A stretch of 64,000 bases of DNA. Origin: a bacterium. GTDB taxonomy: Bacteria > Patescibacteriota > Patescibacteriia > Patescibacteriales > GWE2-39-37. Of the stretch, positions 37,263 through 46,553 are shown piece by piece (positions within the stretch are counted from its first letter, which is position 1; every line of letters starts with the position of its first letter). The notes under the pieces were generated by a model. It made no database searches. It worked only from the letters and a program-made list of their open reading frames with translations, and was not told where the DNA came from. The DNA is taken from contig JBAWWA010000007.1 in assembly GCA_037146995.1 (NCBI GenBank), forward strand, positions 22 to 64,021, written 5' to 3'. The translations under genes were made by a program, and so were the position numbers.

Positions 37263-37291
37263 TTGACAAGACACCCTAGACATAGTAATAT
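37263..37291 (+). promoter_or_regulatory. promoter TTGACA-17-TAATAT upstream of rpmA
   Basis: Consensus -35 and good -10, predicting a leader of about 100 nt. Confidence 0.55.
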
Positions 37292-37395
37292 ATAAAAAGT
37301 GGCTAAAAAATCGTGGTTTTTGTCACTTTTTTATTTATTTTAAGGTAAACTTAGTAAATAGACTTTAAGTCTTTACTCAGTATAAATATACCGGT

Positions 37396-37674
37396 ATGGC
37401 AACAAAGAAATCTGGTGGTTCCACTACCCTGGGTCGCGATTCCGCGGCGCAACGTCTAGGCGTTAAGTTATTTGGTAGCGAAGCTGCCAAGCCTGGCGCA
37501 ATTATCATTCGTCAAAGAGGCACAAAATATCATCCTGGAAAAAATGTTAGAATTGGTAAAGATGATACTTTATATTCAACGGTGATTGGCAAGGTAAAAT
37601 TTTCAACTAAAAAAATTATCGGCTACAATAATAAACTACGAAAAATCTCAATTGTCGAGGTTGTAACTGAATAA
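37396..37674 (+). CDS. rpmA: 50S ribosomal protein L27
   Basis: N-terminus [24 protein letters not shown], then [16 protein letters not shown]. Confidence 0.95.
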   Translation: MATKKSGGSTTLGRDSAAQRLGVKLFGSEAAKPGAIIIRQRGTKYHPGKNVRIGKDDTLYSTVIGKVKFSTKKIIGYNNKLRKISIVEVVTE

Positions 37675-37708
37675 AAAAATCCCGCTTCAATGAAAGCGGG
37701 ATTTTTTT
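37673..37708. terminator. bidirectional terminator
   Basis: AAAAAAATCCCGCTT-CAATGA-AAGCGGGATTTTTTT. Confidence 0.8.
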
Positions 37709-38969
37709 ATTTCTTTTGTGGAGTCAATATTTTCAACGCCTCACTCAACTGAGGGTCTTTATTATCGTTAAAATCCTTAGGTGTCAAGTCAATGACTTTA
37801 TCGGGCGTGATACCCTTTTCGGTAATATTATTACCCTTGGGTGTTAACCACTGAGCAACTGTTACTTTAATCGAAGAGCCGTCTTTTAAGGTTTCAAGAG
37901 CCTGAACTGAACCCTTGCCAAAGGATTGCTTGCCGATTAAGGTTGCTTTGCCATAATCCTGCAAAGCACCAGACACGATTTCAGAAGCCGAAGCACTGCC
38001 TTGGTTTATCAAAACCACGGTTTTGATGTTTTTTAACCTGGGAGAACCAACGGTTTCATAGGCTTTTATCTTGCCATCACTAAATTTTTCACTCACAATA
38101 ACCCCGCTTTCCACCCAATAACTAGCCATACTAATCGCCGTATCCAAATATCCGCCAGGATTATTTCTTAGATCCAAAATGAGGCCTTTTGGTTTTTTTG
38201 CCACCACGTCATCCACAGCCTTGGCAAACAAATCTTCGGTATCATTATTAAAATTTGAAACTGTAATAACATAAATTCCATCTTTTCTTAATTCAGTCTT
38301 TACACTTTTAACAATTATTACGCCTCTAATGATTTTAATTTCCACACCCTTGTCTTCACCAAGATGAGTGACATTCAGCTTTACTTCTGTTGCCCTAGCC
38401 CCACGAATTTTTTTGACGGCGATATCGGTACTCATACCCAGGGTTATCTCGCCATTAATGGCGTTGATTTTATCACCAGCCCTGATACCGGCTTTCTCGG
38501 CTGGCGTATCTGGTAATGGAGCAATAACAACCAATCTATCATTTTTTATACCAATTTCTGCACCAATACCTTCAAAAGTGCCTGCCATATCATTATCAAA
38601 ACTTTCGGCCTCGGTTGGATTCATAAAGACCGTATAGGGATCACCTGCGGAGGCTACCAAGCCCCTAATGGCTCCATACATCATATCCTTATCTGTTAGC
38701 TTGTCGCTCTTTACATAATCGCGCTTCATTAAATCCCAGGCATCCCAAAAAAGTTGAAAATTAGCATCATTTGATAATTGTTTATTTTTATACAAGCCCT
38801 TTACGACAGGCGTTGACGAACTACTGCTTCCAACCTCTGAAATGAGAGAAATTGTACTTTTTAAGTCCTGCCCGGATTGCCAAAAATAGCCACTTGCAAA
38901 AGCCATGGTCATACCCCCAATAAACACCAGAATGGCCACAATTCGATTTATTTCAAGATTTTTCTTCAT
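37707..38969 (-). CDS. S41 family C-terminal processing peptidase (Ctp/Prc-like) with PDZ domain
   Basis: N-terminal TM, a PDZ segment (AEKAGIRAGDKINAING), and the motifs DLRNNPGGYLD, SASASEI and GKGSVQ. Confidence 0.9.
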   Translation of the reverse strand: MKKNLEINRIVAILVFIGGMTMAFASGYFWQSGQDLKSTISLISEVGSSSSSTPVVKGLYKNKQLSNDANFQLFWDAWDLMKRDYVKSDKLTDKDMMYGAIRGLVASAGDPYTVFMNPTEAESFDNDMAGTFEGIGAEIGIKNDRLVVIAPLPDTPAEKAGIRAGDKINAINGEITLGMSTDIAVKKIRGARATEVKLNVTHLGEDKGVEIKIIRGVIIVKSVKTELRKDGIYVITVSNFNNDTEDLFAKAVDDVVAKKPKGLILDLRNNPGGYLDTAISMASYWVESGVIVSEKFSDGKIKAYETVGSPRLKNIKTVVLINQGSASASEIVSGALQDYGKATLIGKQSFGKGSVQALETLKDGSSIKVTVAQWLTPKGNNITEKGITPDKVIDLTPKDFNDNKDPQLSEALKILTPQKK

Positions 38970-39098
38970 ATTTATGCATATTTATTATTTTTTTATAGTA
39001 ACACAATTGTAATTTACTGTAAAACTAGCAAGCCTTGCCATTTAGGGCCTCATAATCTACTATTAAGAGTAATATTACTAACCAATAATTATATTCCA

Positions 39099-40361
39099 AT
39101 GCAAGGAAAATTTATCATCGAGGGTGGTCATAAGCTGTCAGGCACTATTATTGTGAGTGGCGCCAAAAATGCTGCTCTAAAAATCATTCCCGCCGCAATT
39201 TTATCAAAAGACCCAATTCACATAACCAATCTACCGAGTATAGAGGATGTTGATCGATCACTTGAACTACTAATCGATCTGGGCGCTGACGTGAGCCGGG
39301 GTAAGAATCAATGCACAATCAATACAGGCAATATCCAGAAAACCATCCTCGAACCTAAGTTTGCCAACAAACTTAGAGCCTCGATTATGTTTGTCGGACC
39401 ATTACTTGCAAAATTTGGTGAGGTTAAATTTCCCCATCCTGGTGGTTGCGTTATTGGTGCGGGTACTCGTCCTATCGATTTATTCATTGAAGGCTTTGAG
39501 GCGATGGGTGCACATGTTACTATGGAGGATGCTTATTATCATATTACAGCCGAACGACTTACGGGCTGTGAATACTTTTTCACAACGGTCAGCGTTACTG
39601 GCACTGAAAGCTTGATGATGACGGCCACTTTAGCATCTGGTACGACCGTGCTCAAGAACTGCGCTATGGAACCAGAAATCACCGCCTTAGCCAATTATCT
39701 AAATTCTCAAGGAGCCAATATTGTTGGTGCTGGCAGTCCAACCATTATTATTACTGGCGTAGAAAAATTAGCCGCTGGCAATTTCAAAATAATACCTGAC
39801 CGCATCGAAGCAGGCACATTTATTATAATGGCCGTCGCAACAAAATCTGAATTAACCGTAACTAACTGTAATCCGCAAAATCTCGAGATCTTACTGGCAA
39901 TTCTTCAAAAAATTGGTATCAAAACAGAAATCGGCGCAGATTTTGTCAAAGTCATGCCTTCAAAAGACTTAAAACCTTATAGCATTAAAACCCATGAATA
40001 CCCCGGTTTTCCTACAGACCTGCAATCTCCTTTTACCGTTTTAGCTACACAATTCAATGGCAACTCGACCATTCACGAAACGATTTACGATCGACGCCTA
40101 CTTTTTACGGACATGTTAACACAGATGGGGGCAGACATTATCATGTGTGACCCGCATCGAGTTGTAGTAAATGGACCAACCAGTCTCCATGGCAGAAAGC
40201 TAACCAGCCCTGATCTGCGCGCCGGCATAGCTATGATTATTGCAGGTATAATTGCCAATGGCACCACAGAAATAGATAATATTTATCAAATCGACCGCGG
40301 TTATGAAAATATCGATCAAAGACTTAGGGATATTGGTGCTAAAATTACACGAATAAACTAA
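39099..40361 (+). CDS. murA: UDP-N-acetylglucosamine 1-carboxyvinyltransferase
   Basis: N-terminus MQGKFIIEGGHKLSGTIIVSGAKNAALK, then GGCVIGAGTRPIDL (active-site Cys loop). The track ORF start at 38877 overlaps the divergent gene and is rejected. Confidence 0.95.
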   Translation: MQGKFIIEGGHKLSGTIIVSGAKNAALKIIPAAILSKDPIHITNLPSIEDVDRSLELLIDLGADVSRGKNQCTINTGNIQKTILEPKFANKLRASIMFVGPLLAKFGEVKFPHPGGCVIGAGTRPIDLFIEGFEAMGAHVTMEDAYYHITAERLTGCEYFFTTVSVTGTESLMMTATLASGTTVLKNCAMEPEITALANYLNSQGANIVGAGSPTIIITGVEKLAAGNFKIIPDRIEAGTFIIMAVATKSELTVTNCNPQNLEILLAILQKIGIKTEIGADFVKVMPSKDLKPYSIKTHEYPGFPTDLQSPFTVLATQFNGNSTIHETIYDRRLLFTDMLTQMGADIIMCDPHRVVVNGPTSLHGRKLTSPDLRAGIAMIIAGIIANGTTEIDNIYQIDRGYENIDQRLRDIGAKITRIN

Positions 40362-40365
40362 ATTA

Positions 40366-41703
40366 ATGACACTGTCAATTAGGCGCTATCTTTATCTCTT
40401 TTTTATTGCTGCTTTTTTAGTAATAACCACGCTCGTCATAACTTATGCTAACGGCTATAGCCTTTTAAGCAGATCTGGTTTTTTTGTCAAAACTGGCATG
40501 TTGATCCTAGACACCGAGCCCCAAGGCGCTGTTATTTATTTAAACAATGAATTGCAAAAAAATAAATTAACACCCTGGAATCAAAAAAGTCTGACGACAC
40601 CTGCAAAAATTAAAAACCTAATTCCTGGTGAATATGAGGTCAAGCTTGAATTGGCAGGCTATAATACTTGGCAAAAAAAATTAACAATTTTACCTGGGCA
40701 AGCTACGTTCGCCGAAACGGTCATTCTATTCAAAAAGGACACACCGATTAAATTATCAGAATTAAATGTTGCCGATTTTTCACTTAATTTCGACAATAAG
40801 TTACTAGCCCTGCAAACTAATAATAAACTTGTAGTAATAAATACGACAAATTCCAATGAAATTTATAATTTGAATTATTCCGGTGGATTAACTTGGAATA
40901 AATTTTCCAATTTACTACTTTTAACTGATGGTCGGATTGTAAATTTCACCAATCAAGACGAAATTTCAACCATAAACTCATCCATATCAGGCAAGAAGCC
41001 AGTCTGGATTTCTGCGACTCAATTCGCCTCCATTAACAATAACAACATTCAAATTTACAACACTGATCAAAATTCAACACAAATAATCGATGCCCAGAAG
41101 ATTGGACTAGCTAATTTCTCTGATATTGCCGTAAAAGATCGAGAGCTATACGCTATTGGCAATAGCGACAGTGACAAAGCAGCGCATTTAATCATATTCA
41201 ATATTGATAACCTTGATGTCAATCAAAAAATTAAGCTACCTGGTCAAGGCTATACCATAATCGAAGTGAATAAAAATTTAGTCGCTCTAGAAAATAAAAA
41301 ATATTCAAACCTTATTATCATCGACAAAAACAGTGATCAACCACTCGTAACAAAAATTTCAAACTTCAAACAATTGCGCTGGACTGATGAACAAAATATT
41401 TATTATAGCAATGAACATGAACTATATTATGTCGATTTAAAAAACAACAAATCGCAAATCCTAGCCAGGATTAGTCAAAACATTAATGATATCTACATTC
41501 ATCCAAGCAACAACTATCTAATCTTTACAACTGACACCTCAATCAACACTCTAGAACTGGATGATCGTGATCATCATAATATAAATAATTTAGTCACGGC
41601 GGATAAAATAATAAAAACGAATTTTGATGATAAATTATTACAGTTTTACTACACTGTAAAAAATAATGACTCTGTAGTAATCTATAAATTCTTCACTAAA
41701 TAA
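40366..41703 (+). CDS. membrane-anchored PEGA-domain protein with repetitive beta-rich C-terminal region
   Basis: N-terminal TM, then a PEGA domain (LDTEPQGAVIYLNN...TPAKIKNLIPGEYEVKLELAGYNTW). The remainder is Asn-rich and beta-propeller-like. Confidence 0.6.
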   Translation: MTLSIRRYLYLFFIAAFLVITTLVITYANGYSLLSRSGFFVKTGMLILDTEPQGAVIYLNNELQKNKLTPWNQKSLTTPAKIKNLIPGEYEVKLELAGYNTWQKKLTILPGQATFAETVILFKKDTPIKLSELNVADFSLNFDNKLLALQTNNKLVVINTTNSNEIYNLNYSGGLTWNKFSNLLLLTDGRIVNFTNQDEISTINSSISGKKPVWISATQFASINNNNIQIYNTDQNSTQIIDAQKIGLANFSDIAVKDRELYAIGNSDSDKAAHLIIFNIDNLDVNQKIKLPGQGYTIIEVNKNLVALENKKYSNLIIIDKNSDQPLVTKISNFKQLRWTDEQNIYYSNEHELYYVDLKNNKSQILARISQNINDIYIHPSNNYLIFTTDTSINTLELDDRDHHNINNLVTADKIIKTNFDDKLLQFYYTVKNNDSVVIYKFFTK

Positions 41704-41723
41704 AAACCCCGTACGGGGTTTTT
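41702..41723. terminator. bidirectional terminator
   Basis: AAAAACCCC-GTAC-GGGGTTTTT. Confidence 0.75.
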
Positions 41724-42585
41724 AAATACTTTTTAAAAATTTTCGAATATCACTGCCTATGTCTTCACGATCTAGAGCATATTTCAGTGACGCCTCAAGA
41801 TAATTCAAAGGATCACCTGTTGTTAGCCATTCACCATCGACGATTGCCTTGGCTAAAAAAATATTGCCACTTTTAACGTATTGTTTAATAGCATCAGTAA
41901 TCCACAATTCATTACCCTTACCAAGAGCCGTGTGACGTAGAATATCAATTATATCCTCATCAAAAATATACCGCCCAAAAGCTGCTAGCCTTGATGGTGC
42001 CTCGAGCATATTAGGCTTCTCAATTATATCTTCAATTTCCATGGTATTTTCACGTAACTTTACAACCCCGTATCTTTCAACTTGATCGCGTGCCACTTCC
42101 TGCACTCCAAGCATTAATTTGCCATGATGATCAAAATCAGTAAGCATCTGTTTGGTAAACGATTGTGCTGACTTTACCAAATCATCGCCAAAACAATACA
42201 CAAAGGGTTCATTCTTGACCAAGCTTGCAGCTGACAAAATTGGCGTACCATTGCCATAAGGACCCTTTTGCCTAACATAAATGAAATTAGCCAAGTCAGC
42301 AATCTTCTTTATGCTTGATGCTAGCTCAATTTTTCCCGCTTGTTTTAATTCATTTATCAAGGCCCAATTATAATCAAAATGATCCTCAAGTGGCTTTTTA
42401 TCCCATTTTGTAACCAGGATTATATCCTCGATTCCAGCTTCAACCAATTCCTCTACCACCAATTGAATTATTGGCTTGTCGACAATAGGTAACATTTCTT
42501 TAGGCATAGCCTTAGTCGCAGGCAACAACCTTGTACCGGAACCAGCCACAGCCACGATAGCTTTTGTGATTTTTTTCTTCAACAT
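41722..42585 (-). CDS. galU: UTP--glucose-1-phosphate uridylyltransferase
   Basis: From the ATG at 42585: MLKKKITKAIVAVAGSGTRLLPATKAMPKEMLPIVDKPIIQ, and later VEKP-type IIEKP. The track extension to 42645 overlaps the upstream gene. Confidence 0.9.
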   Translation of the reverse strand: MLKKKITKAIVAVAGSGTRLLPATKAMPKEMLPIVDKPIIQLVVEELVEAGIEDIILVTKWDKKPLEDHFDYNWALINELKQAGKIELASSIKKIADLANFIYVRQKGPYGNGTPILSAASLVKNEPFVYCFGDDLVKSAQSFTKQMLTDFDHHGKLMLGVQEVARDQVERYGVVKLRENTMEIEDIIEKPNMLEAPSRLAAFGRYIFDEDIIDILRHTALGKGNELWITDAIKQYVKSGNIFLAKAIVDGEWLTTGDPLNYLEASLKYALDREDIGSDIRKFLKSI

Positions 42586-42586
42586 A

Positions 42587-43117
42587 TTAGAATTTATAAA
42601 TATATAATGGCAAATGATTTGCATCATCCCGCACCACCTTTTCACAGTGAATGCCAGGCAACATAAAACAATAAGAAATAAGTGTCGAACCTGACTTGGC
42701 CTCGGCTATAATTTTTTGAACGAATTTTTGAGTTAAATGAGCCGGTACGGCATAGACATATATCAAATCTGCCTCCCTTACATTAAATTTAAACAGATCA
42801 CCGAAATAAAATTTCAAGTCCTTATCACCTTTAAACAAACTCAAGACCAAGCAATACAAATAAAGTGGCAATGAAAGTTCAACACCTCGTGCTTTGTAAC
42901 CATATTTCAAAGATTCAATCACTACTCGACCATTGCCACAACCCAGATCCAAAAAATACTTCGACTGTCCATATGAAAATAACTCGAAAATTCTTGCCAG
43001 GTCCTTTCTATATGTCGGGACCCACGGCGCGAAACCCAAATTTGCCTTAATGATTGTGAAACTCGAAAATACCACCAAAGCTATGCCTAAAAATTCTAAA
43101 ATGTTTTCCATTTCCAA
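42587..43117 (-). CDS. membrane-anchored class I SAM-dependent methyltransferase
   Basis: N-terminal TM and SAM motif I LDLGCGNGRVV. Confidence 0.7.
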   Translation of the reverse strand: MEMENILEFLGIALVVFSSFTIIKANLGFAPWVPTYRKDLARIFELFSYGQSKYFLDLGCGNGRVVIESLKYGYKARGVELSLPLYLYCLVLSLFKGDKDLKFYFGDLFKFNVREADLIYVYAVPAHLTQKFVQKIIAEAKSGSTLISYCFMLPGIHCEKVVRDDANHLPLYIYKF

Positions 43118-43878
43118 AAATATTTAAGCCATGACATTAAATGAACCCTGGTCATCTTATTGGTAAAGATTGAGACACTCCAATGCTCTTTAGCACTAGC
43201 CCTCCCGTGATGATGCACGACTTTAATTAGTGGATAGTAAACAACTCTTAATCCCAAATTTTTAATACGCCGACACATATCCGTATCCTCAAAATACATA
43301 AAAAAACGCTCATCAAAACCTCCCAATTTTTCCAACACGCTCCGAGGCATTAGCAAGCATGATCCCATTATCCAGTCCACGTCCAGCGGTTGTTCCAAAT
43401 CATTGTCCTCGTACAAATAATTTCTAATGTATGCTTGATTGAAATTACCTAAAAATGTCCGGCGATAAAACGGCATCATTAAGCGTGGAAATTTGTAACA
43501 TGATTTCTGTTTTTCACCATCTGGATAAATCAAAGCCGGACCTATCAAGCCGATATTTTTGGCTGATTTTAAATAATTTAGCATTTTATCAAAATCACTA
43601 CTAATTATTTCTGTATCCGGATTAAGAATCAGGACAAAATCACCTAGAGCTAATTTAATGCCAACATTATTGCCACCACCCATGCCTAGATTAACATTGT
43701 TATTGACGATTCTCAGATTCAAATAACTGCCTGATAAATCGTCAATTCGCTCAATCGAGCAATTATCTACAACTATAACCTCAAAAGATATTTTTTTAAA
43801 ATATTTATAAATTGACTCAAGGCAATTAACCAACTTAACCCTTGTATTATAATTTACAATGACAATTGATATATCCAT
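43096..43878 (-). CDS. glycosyltransferase family 2
   Basis: Motifs ISIVIVNYN, VVDNCS, NLGMGGGNN, LNPDT and FMYFEDTD. Confidence 0.8.
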   Translation of the reverse strand: MDISIVIVNYNTRVKLVNCLESIYKYFKKISFEVIVVDNCSIERIDDLSGSYLNLRIVNNNVNLGMGGGNNVGIKLALGDFVLILNPDTEIISSDFDKMLNYLKSAKNIGLIGPALIYPDGEKQKSCYKFPRLMMPFYRRTFLGNFNQAYIRNYLYEDNDLEQPLDVDWIMGSCLLMPRSVLEKLGGFDERFFMYFEDTDMCRRIKNLGLRVVYYPLIKVVHHHGRASAKEHWSVSIFTNKMTRVHLMSWLKYFWKWKTF

Positions 43879-43887
43879 AAATAAATT

Positions 43888-44943
43888 TTACCAAACTATC
43901 AGCTTACTAGCCAGCCACCAATAAAGAGTGAAAAAATAATTTGCCAAAACCAGAGGTGTAGAGGCTATTTCTTGATATTCGATCACACTTTTCATCATAT
44001 CGGTAATTTTTTTATCCTTTATTTTTCGCTTGCTTTGTGCTAATGTTCGCGCCTTTAATATATACGACCAAGTACTAGCTTTTAAAAAATATCTATAAAC
44101 TTCAAATTTCTGTTTTATTGAATTATTTTTGATTGCAAAAAAAATCAGACCCAGCTCCATTATAAATAATGCTGGCAGTATAATGATTAGTGTTGCAATT
44201 TTTAAATTTTTAAAAAGTAGTATGATGCGATTTCGATCCATCCAGTAGTATTTTTGTATCGAGCGACTGAATTCATATTTATGATAAACAATGGAATTAA
44301 TTGCCAGATGACATTTATATCCTGCTAACCACATCAACCAACCCATATCCTGATCCTCTGCATACATCCAGAGTTCCTCGTCAAATAAACCTATTTCTTT
44401 AAGAACTGAGGCCTTATACAAAACTGCTGCTCCGCTTGGATAAAAGATCTCCCTATTGGGTGCACTTTTCAAGTCATCGTATTCTATATTATAAAAAAGG
44501 CTAAAACCAAAACCCAAAAAATGCGTCGCATTGCCAAGACTATTCACTTTAGTCATTGCCGGCCAAAGCATTAACCTAGACTGAACTCCGCCCACGTCGT
44601 CATTACTTTCAGCTTCAATTATTAGCTGGCTAATTGCACGAAGATCAAGAATAGTATCCATATTTATCAAAACCAGATATTTCAAACCTAGAGAAATAGC
44701 GGCTTTCATAGCAACATTATTACCCTTAGCGAAACCTGCATTATCTGAATTATGAAGTAACTCTGCCTCTGGAGCAATCTTGATTAATAATTCTCTACTG
44801 GCCTCAGTTGATGCATTATCTACGATAAAAATTTTACACCGAGCAATGCAATCTTGCTGTCGTAACGAAGCAATGCAATCAAGCAAATATTTATCTGCAT
44901 AGTCTTTATAATTTGGACTTATTATCACTGCAGTGTCTTGCAT
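43888..44943 (-). CDS. glycosyltransferase family 2 with C-terminal TM segments
   Basis: Motifs VDNASTE, NAGFAKGNN, INMDT and MYAEDQD, plus a hydrophobic C-terminus. Confidence 0.8.
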   Translation of the reverse strand: MQDTAVIISPNYKDYADKYLLDCIASLRQQDCIARCKIFIVDNASTEASRELLIKIAPEAELLHNSDNAGFAKGNNVAMKAAISLGLKYLVLINMDTILDLRAISQLIIEAESNDDVGGVQSRLMLWPAMTKVNSLGNATHFLGFGFSLFYNIEYDDLKSAPNREIFYPSGAAVLYKASVLKEIGLFDEELWMYAEDQDMGWLMWLAGYKCHLAINSIVYHKYEFSRSIQKYYWMDRNRIILLFKNLKIATLIIILPALFIMELGLIFFAIKNNSIKQKFEVYRYFLKASTWSYILKARTLAQSKRKIKDKKITDMMKSVIEYQEIASTPLVLANYFFTLYWWLASKLIVW

Positions 44944-45678
44944 TTATTTACAACTTAAAGATTTCTTAAAACCATTTTGTATCGCCTCTTTTTCACTGCA
45001 AAAATATTTTTCACCCGTGCGTATGTTTATGGTTATTTTTTTATAATCAGAGCAACTGGGGAGAAAATAATATCGCTGATGATCACTAGAAATATTGCCC
45101 TTTATCGTACAGACTCCTTGAATTTTTTTATAGCCGTACTGCTTGGCACATGTTGAACTCGCCCACAGTCCGGATTGCGAATTTTGTGCCACAATTTGTG
45201 CCTGTCTGAATTGCTTTTGATATTTATACGGTTTTTTATAGGTAAATTCAAAGGCAGCGCCAGTCTTGACTAATTCCAGGTTATAATTTTTTCCAGTTTC
45301 ATCAAAAACATAGCGCAACAATCGACCGAATTTGTCCCTATCTCCCTGTGACTGATCAGATTCTAGTCTCACTAGTTTATTTGTTAAGCTATTTTTTAAC
45401 TTCAAAGACGATTCTAAACCATAACATTCAATCGGTCGCTTAGGAGCAACAGACTCTGGTGCATTTATGCCCAGAAAACGAACACGCTCGATTTTATTCA
45501 TTATTTTAACATCTATAGTGTCACCATCAACAACCCTGGTAACATAGTAATAATCAACTGGCGCGGCGTTAATTGCTACTGTCTCATTGGCTAATGCCGC
45601 CACGAGCGAAAAATTATCCCTAACAACACAGCCCGATAAAAAAAGCAGTATCAAATTTAATATAATGAAATTTTTCAT
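44944..45678 (-). CDS. secreted lipoprotein thermonuclease (staphylococcal nuclease fold) with C-terminal Cys-bracketed module
   Basis: Lipobox LLFLSGC. SNase motifs VVDGDTIDV, RVRFLGINAPE and GRLLRYVF. The C-terminus is CTIKGNISSDHQRYYFLPSCSDY...YFCSEKEAIQNGFKKS. Confidence 0.85.
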   Translation of the reverse strand: MKNFIILNLILLFLSGCVVRDNFSLVAALANETVAINAAPVDYYYVTRVVDGDTIDVKIMNKIERVRFLGINAPESVAPKRPIECYGLESSLKLKNSLTNKLVRLESDQSQGDRDKFGRLLRYVFDETGKNYNLELVKTGAAFEFTYKKPYKYQKQFRQAQIVAQNSQSGLWASSTCAKQYGYKKIQGVCTIKGNISSDHQRYYFLPSCSDYKKITINIRTGEKYFCSEKEAIQNGFKKSLSCK

Positions 45679-46553
45679 TAGGTTTTATGCTTTAATGTAA
45701 TCTTTAAAAAAGAACCGAGCGCTGTTATAATTATTCCAACCGGCCAGGCAATATATAAAACACCATATTCAATCTTGCTGTGCCATTTTTTAAAATAAAG
45801 TAACATTGAATTTCTAAAATATATTTGAGTAGTTCCTCTTTCAACCTGAGAAAAACTACCGCCAACCAAGTCAATGCAAGTCGCCACTGGATTATACCAA
45901 ACTTCGCGACCCTGTAATTTCATTTGACGGCAATAATCAACCTCTTCGAACCAAATAAAATAACGTTCATCAAGTAGTGGCAGTTCGTCCGCGAAACGCC
46001 GCATTAAAAAAAATGAGCCCCTGACGGAATCCACTCGACTTGCCATTGAATAGTCAAAATCGAGGCGCAAATAAGAATCAAGTACATGCTTAAAAACATG
46101 CGGCAGCTTTAAAATTATCATCAACTGGTCGATCATTGTCGGGAAGCGCCTAACATGCGGCAGAATTTGGCCATCAAGCGACTCCAGGCGGATTCCAGAA
46201 ACTGCTGCCTGCTGATTGCTGTCCATCCAATTTACGGCTTGCTGCAGAGTATTACGCTCAACTATCATGTCTGGATTTAATAATAAAATATAGGCACCAG
46301 TTTTATTAGTTTTTTTTATCGCCATATTGTTAGCTCGCGCAAAACCTAGATTATCCTGATTAACAATCATATTAACTTGAGGAAATTCCGCTCTCACCAT
46401 TTCAACCGAACTATCACCTGAATTATTATCAACAACAAATACCTCGAACTCAAAATCAACTTCACTTAAATACAGTTGTTCTAAATTTTTTCTTAATTTA
46501 TCCAAAACATTCCAGGAGACAATTATTATCGAAAGCTTCATATTATTACTCAT
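45678..46553 (-). CDS. glycosyltransferase family 2
   Basis: Motifs LSIIIVSWN, VVDNNSGDSS, NLGFARANN, LNPDM and WFEEVD. Confidence 0.8.
   Translation of the reverse strand: MSNNMKLSIIIVSWNVLDKLRKNLEQLYLSEVDFEFEVFVVDNNSGDSSVEMVRAEFPQVNMIVNQDNLGFARANNMAIKKTNKTGAYILLLNPDMIVERNTLQQAVNWMDSNQQAAVSGIRLESLDGQILPHVRRFPTMIDQLMIILKLPHVFKHVLDSYLRLDFDYSMASRVDSVRGSFFLMRRFADELPLLDERYFIWFEEVDYCRQMKLQGREVWYNPVATCIDLVGGSFSQVERGTTQIYFRNSMLLYFKKWHSKIEYGVLYIAWPVGIIITALGSFLKITLKHKT

Noticed and set aside
38877-39098. N-terminal 74-aa extension of the murA ORF
   Set aside because: The extension overlaps the divergent S41 peptidase gene and its promoter region. MurA homology begins exactly at MQGKFIIEGG (ATG 39099).
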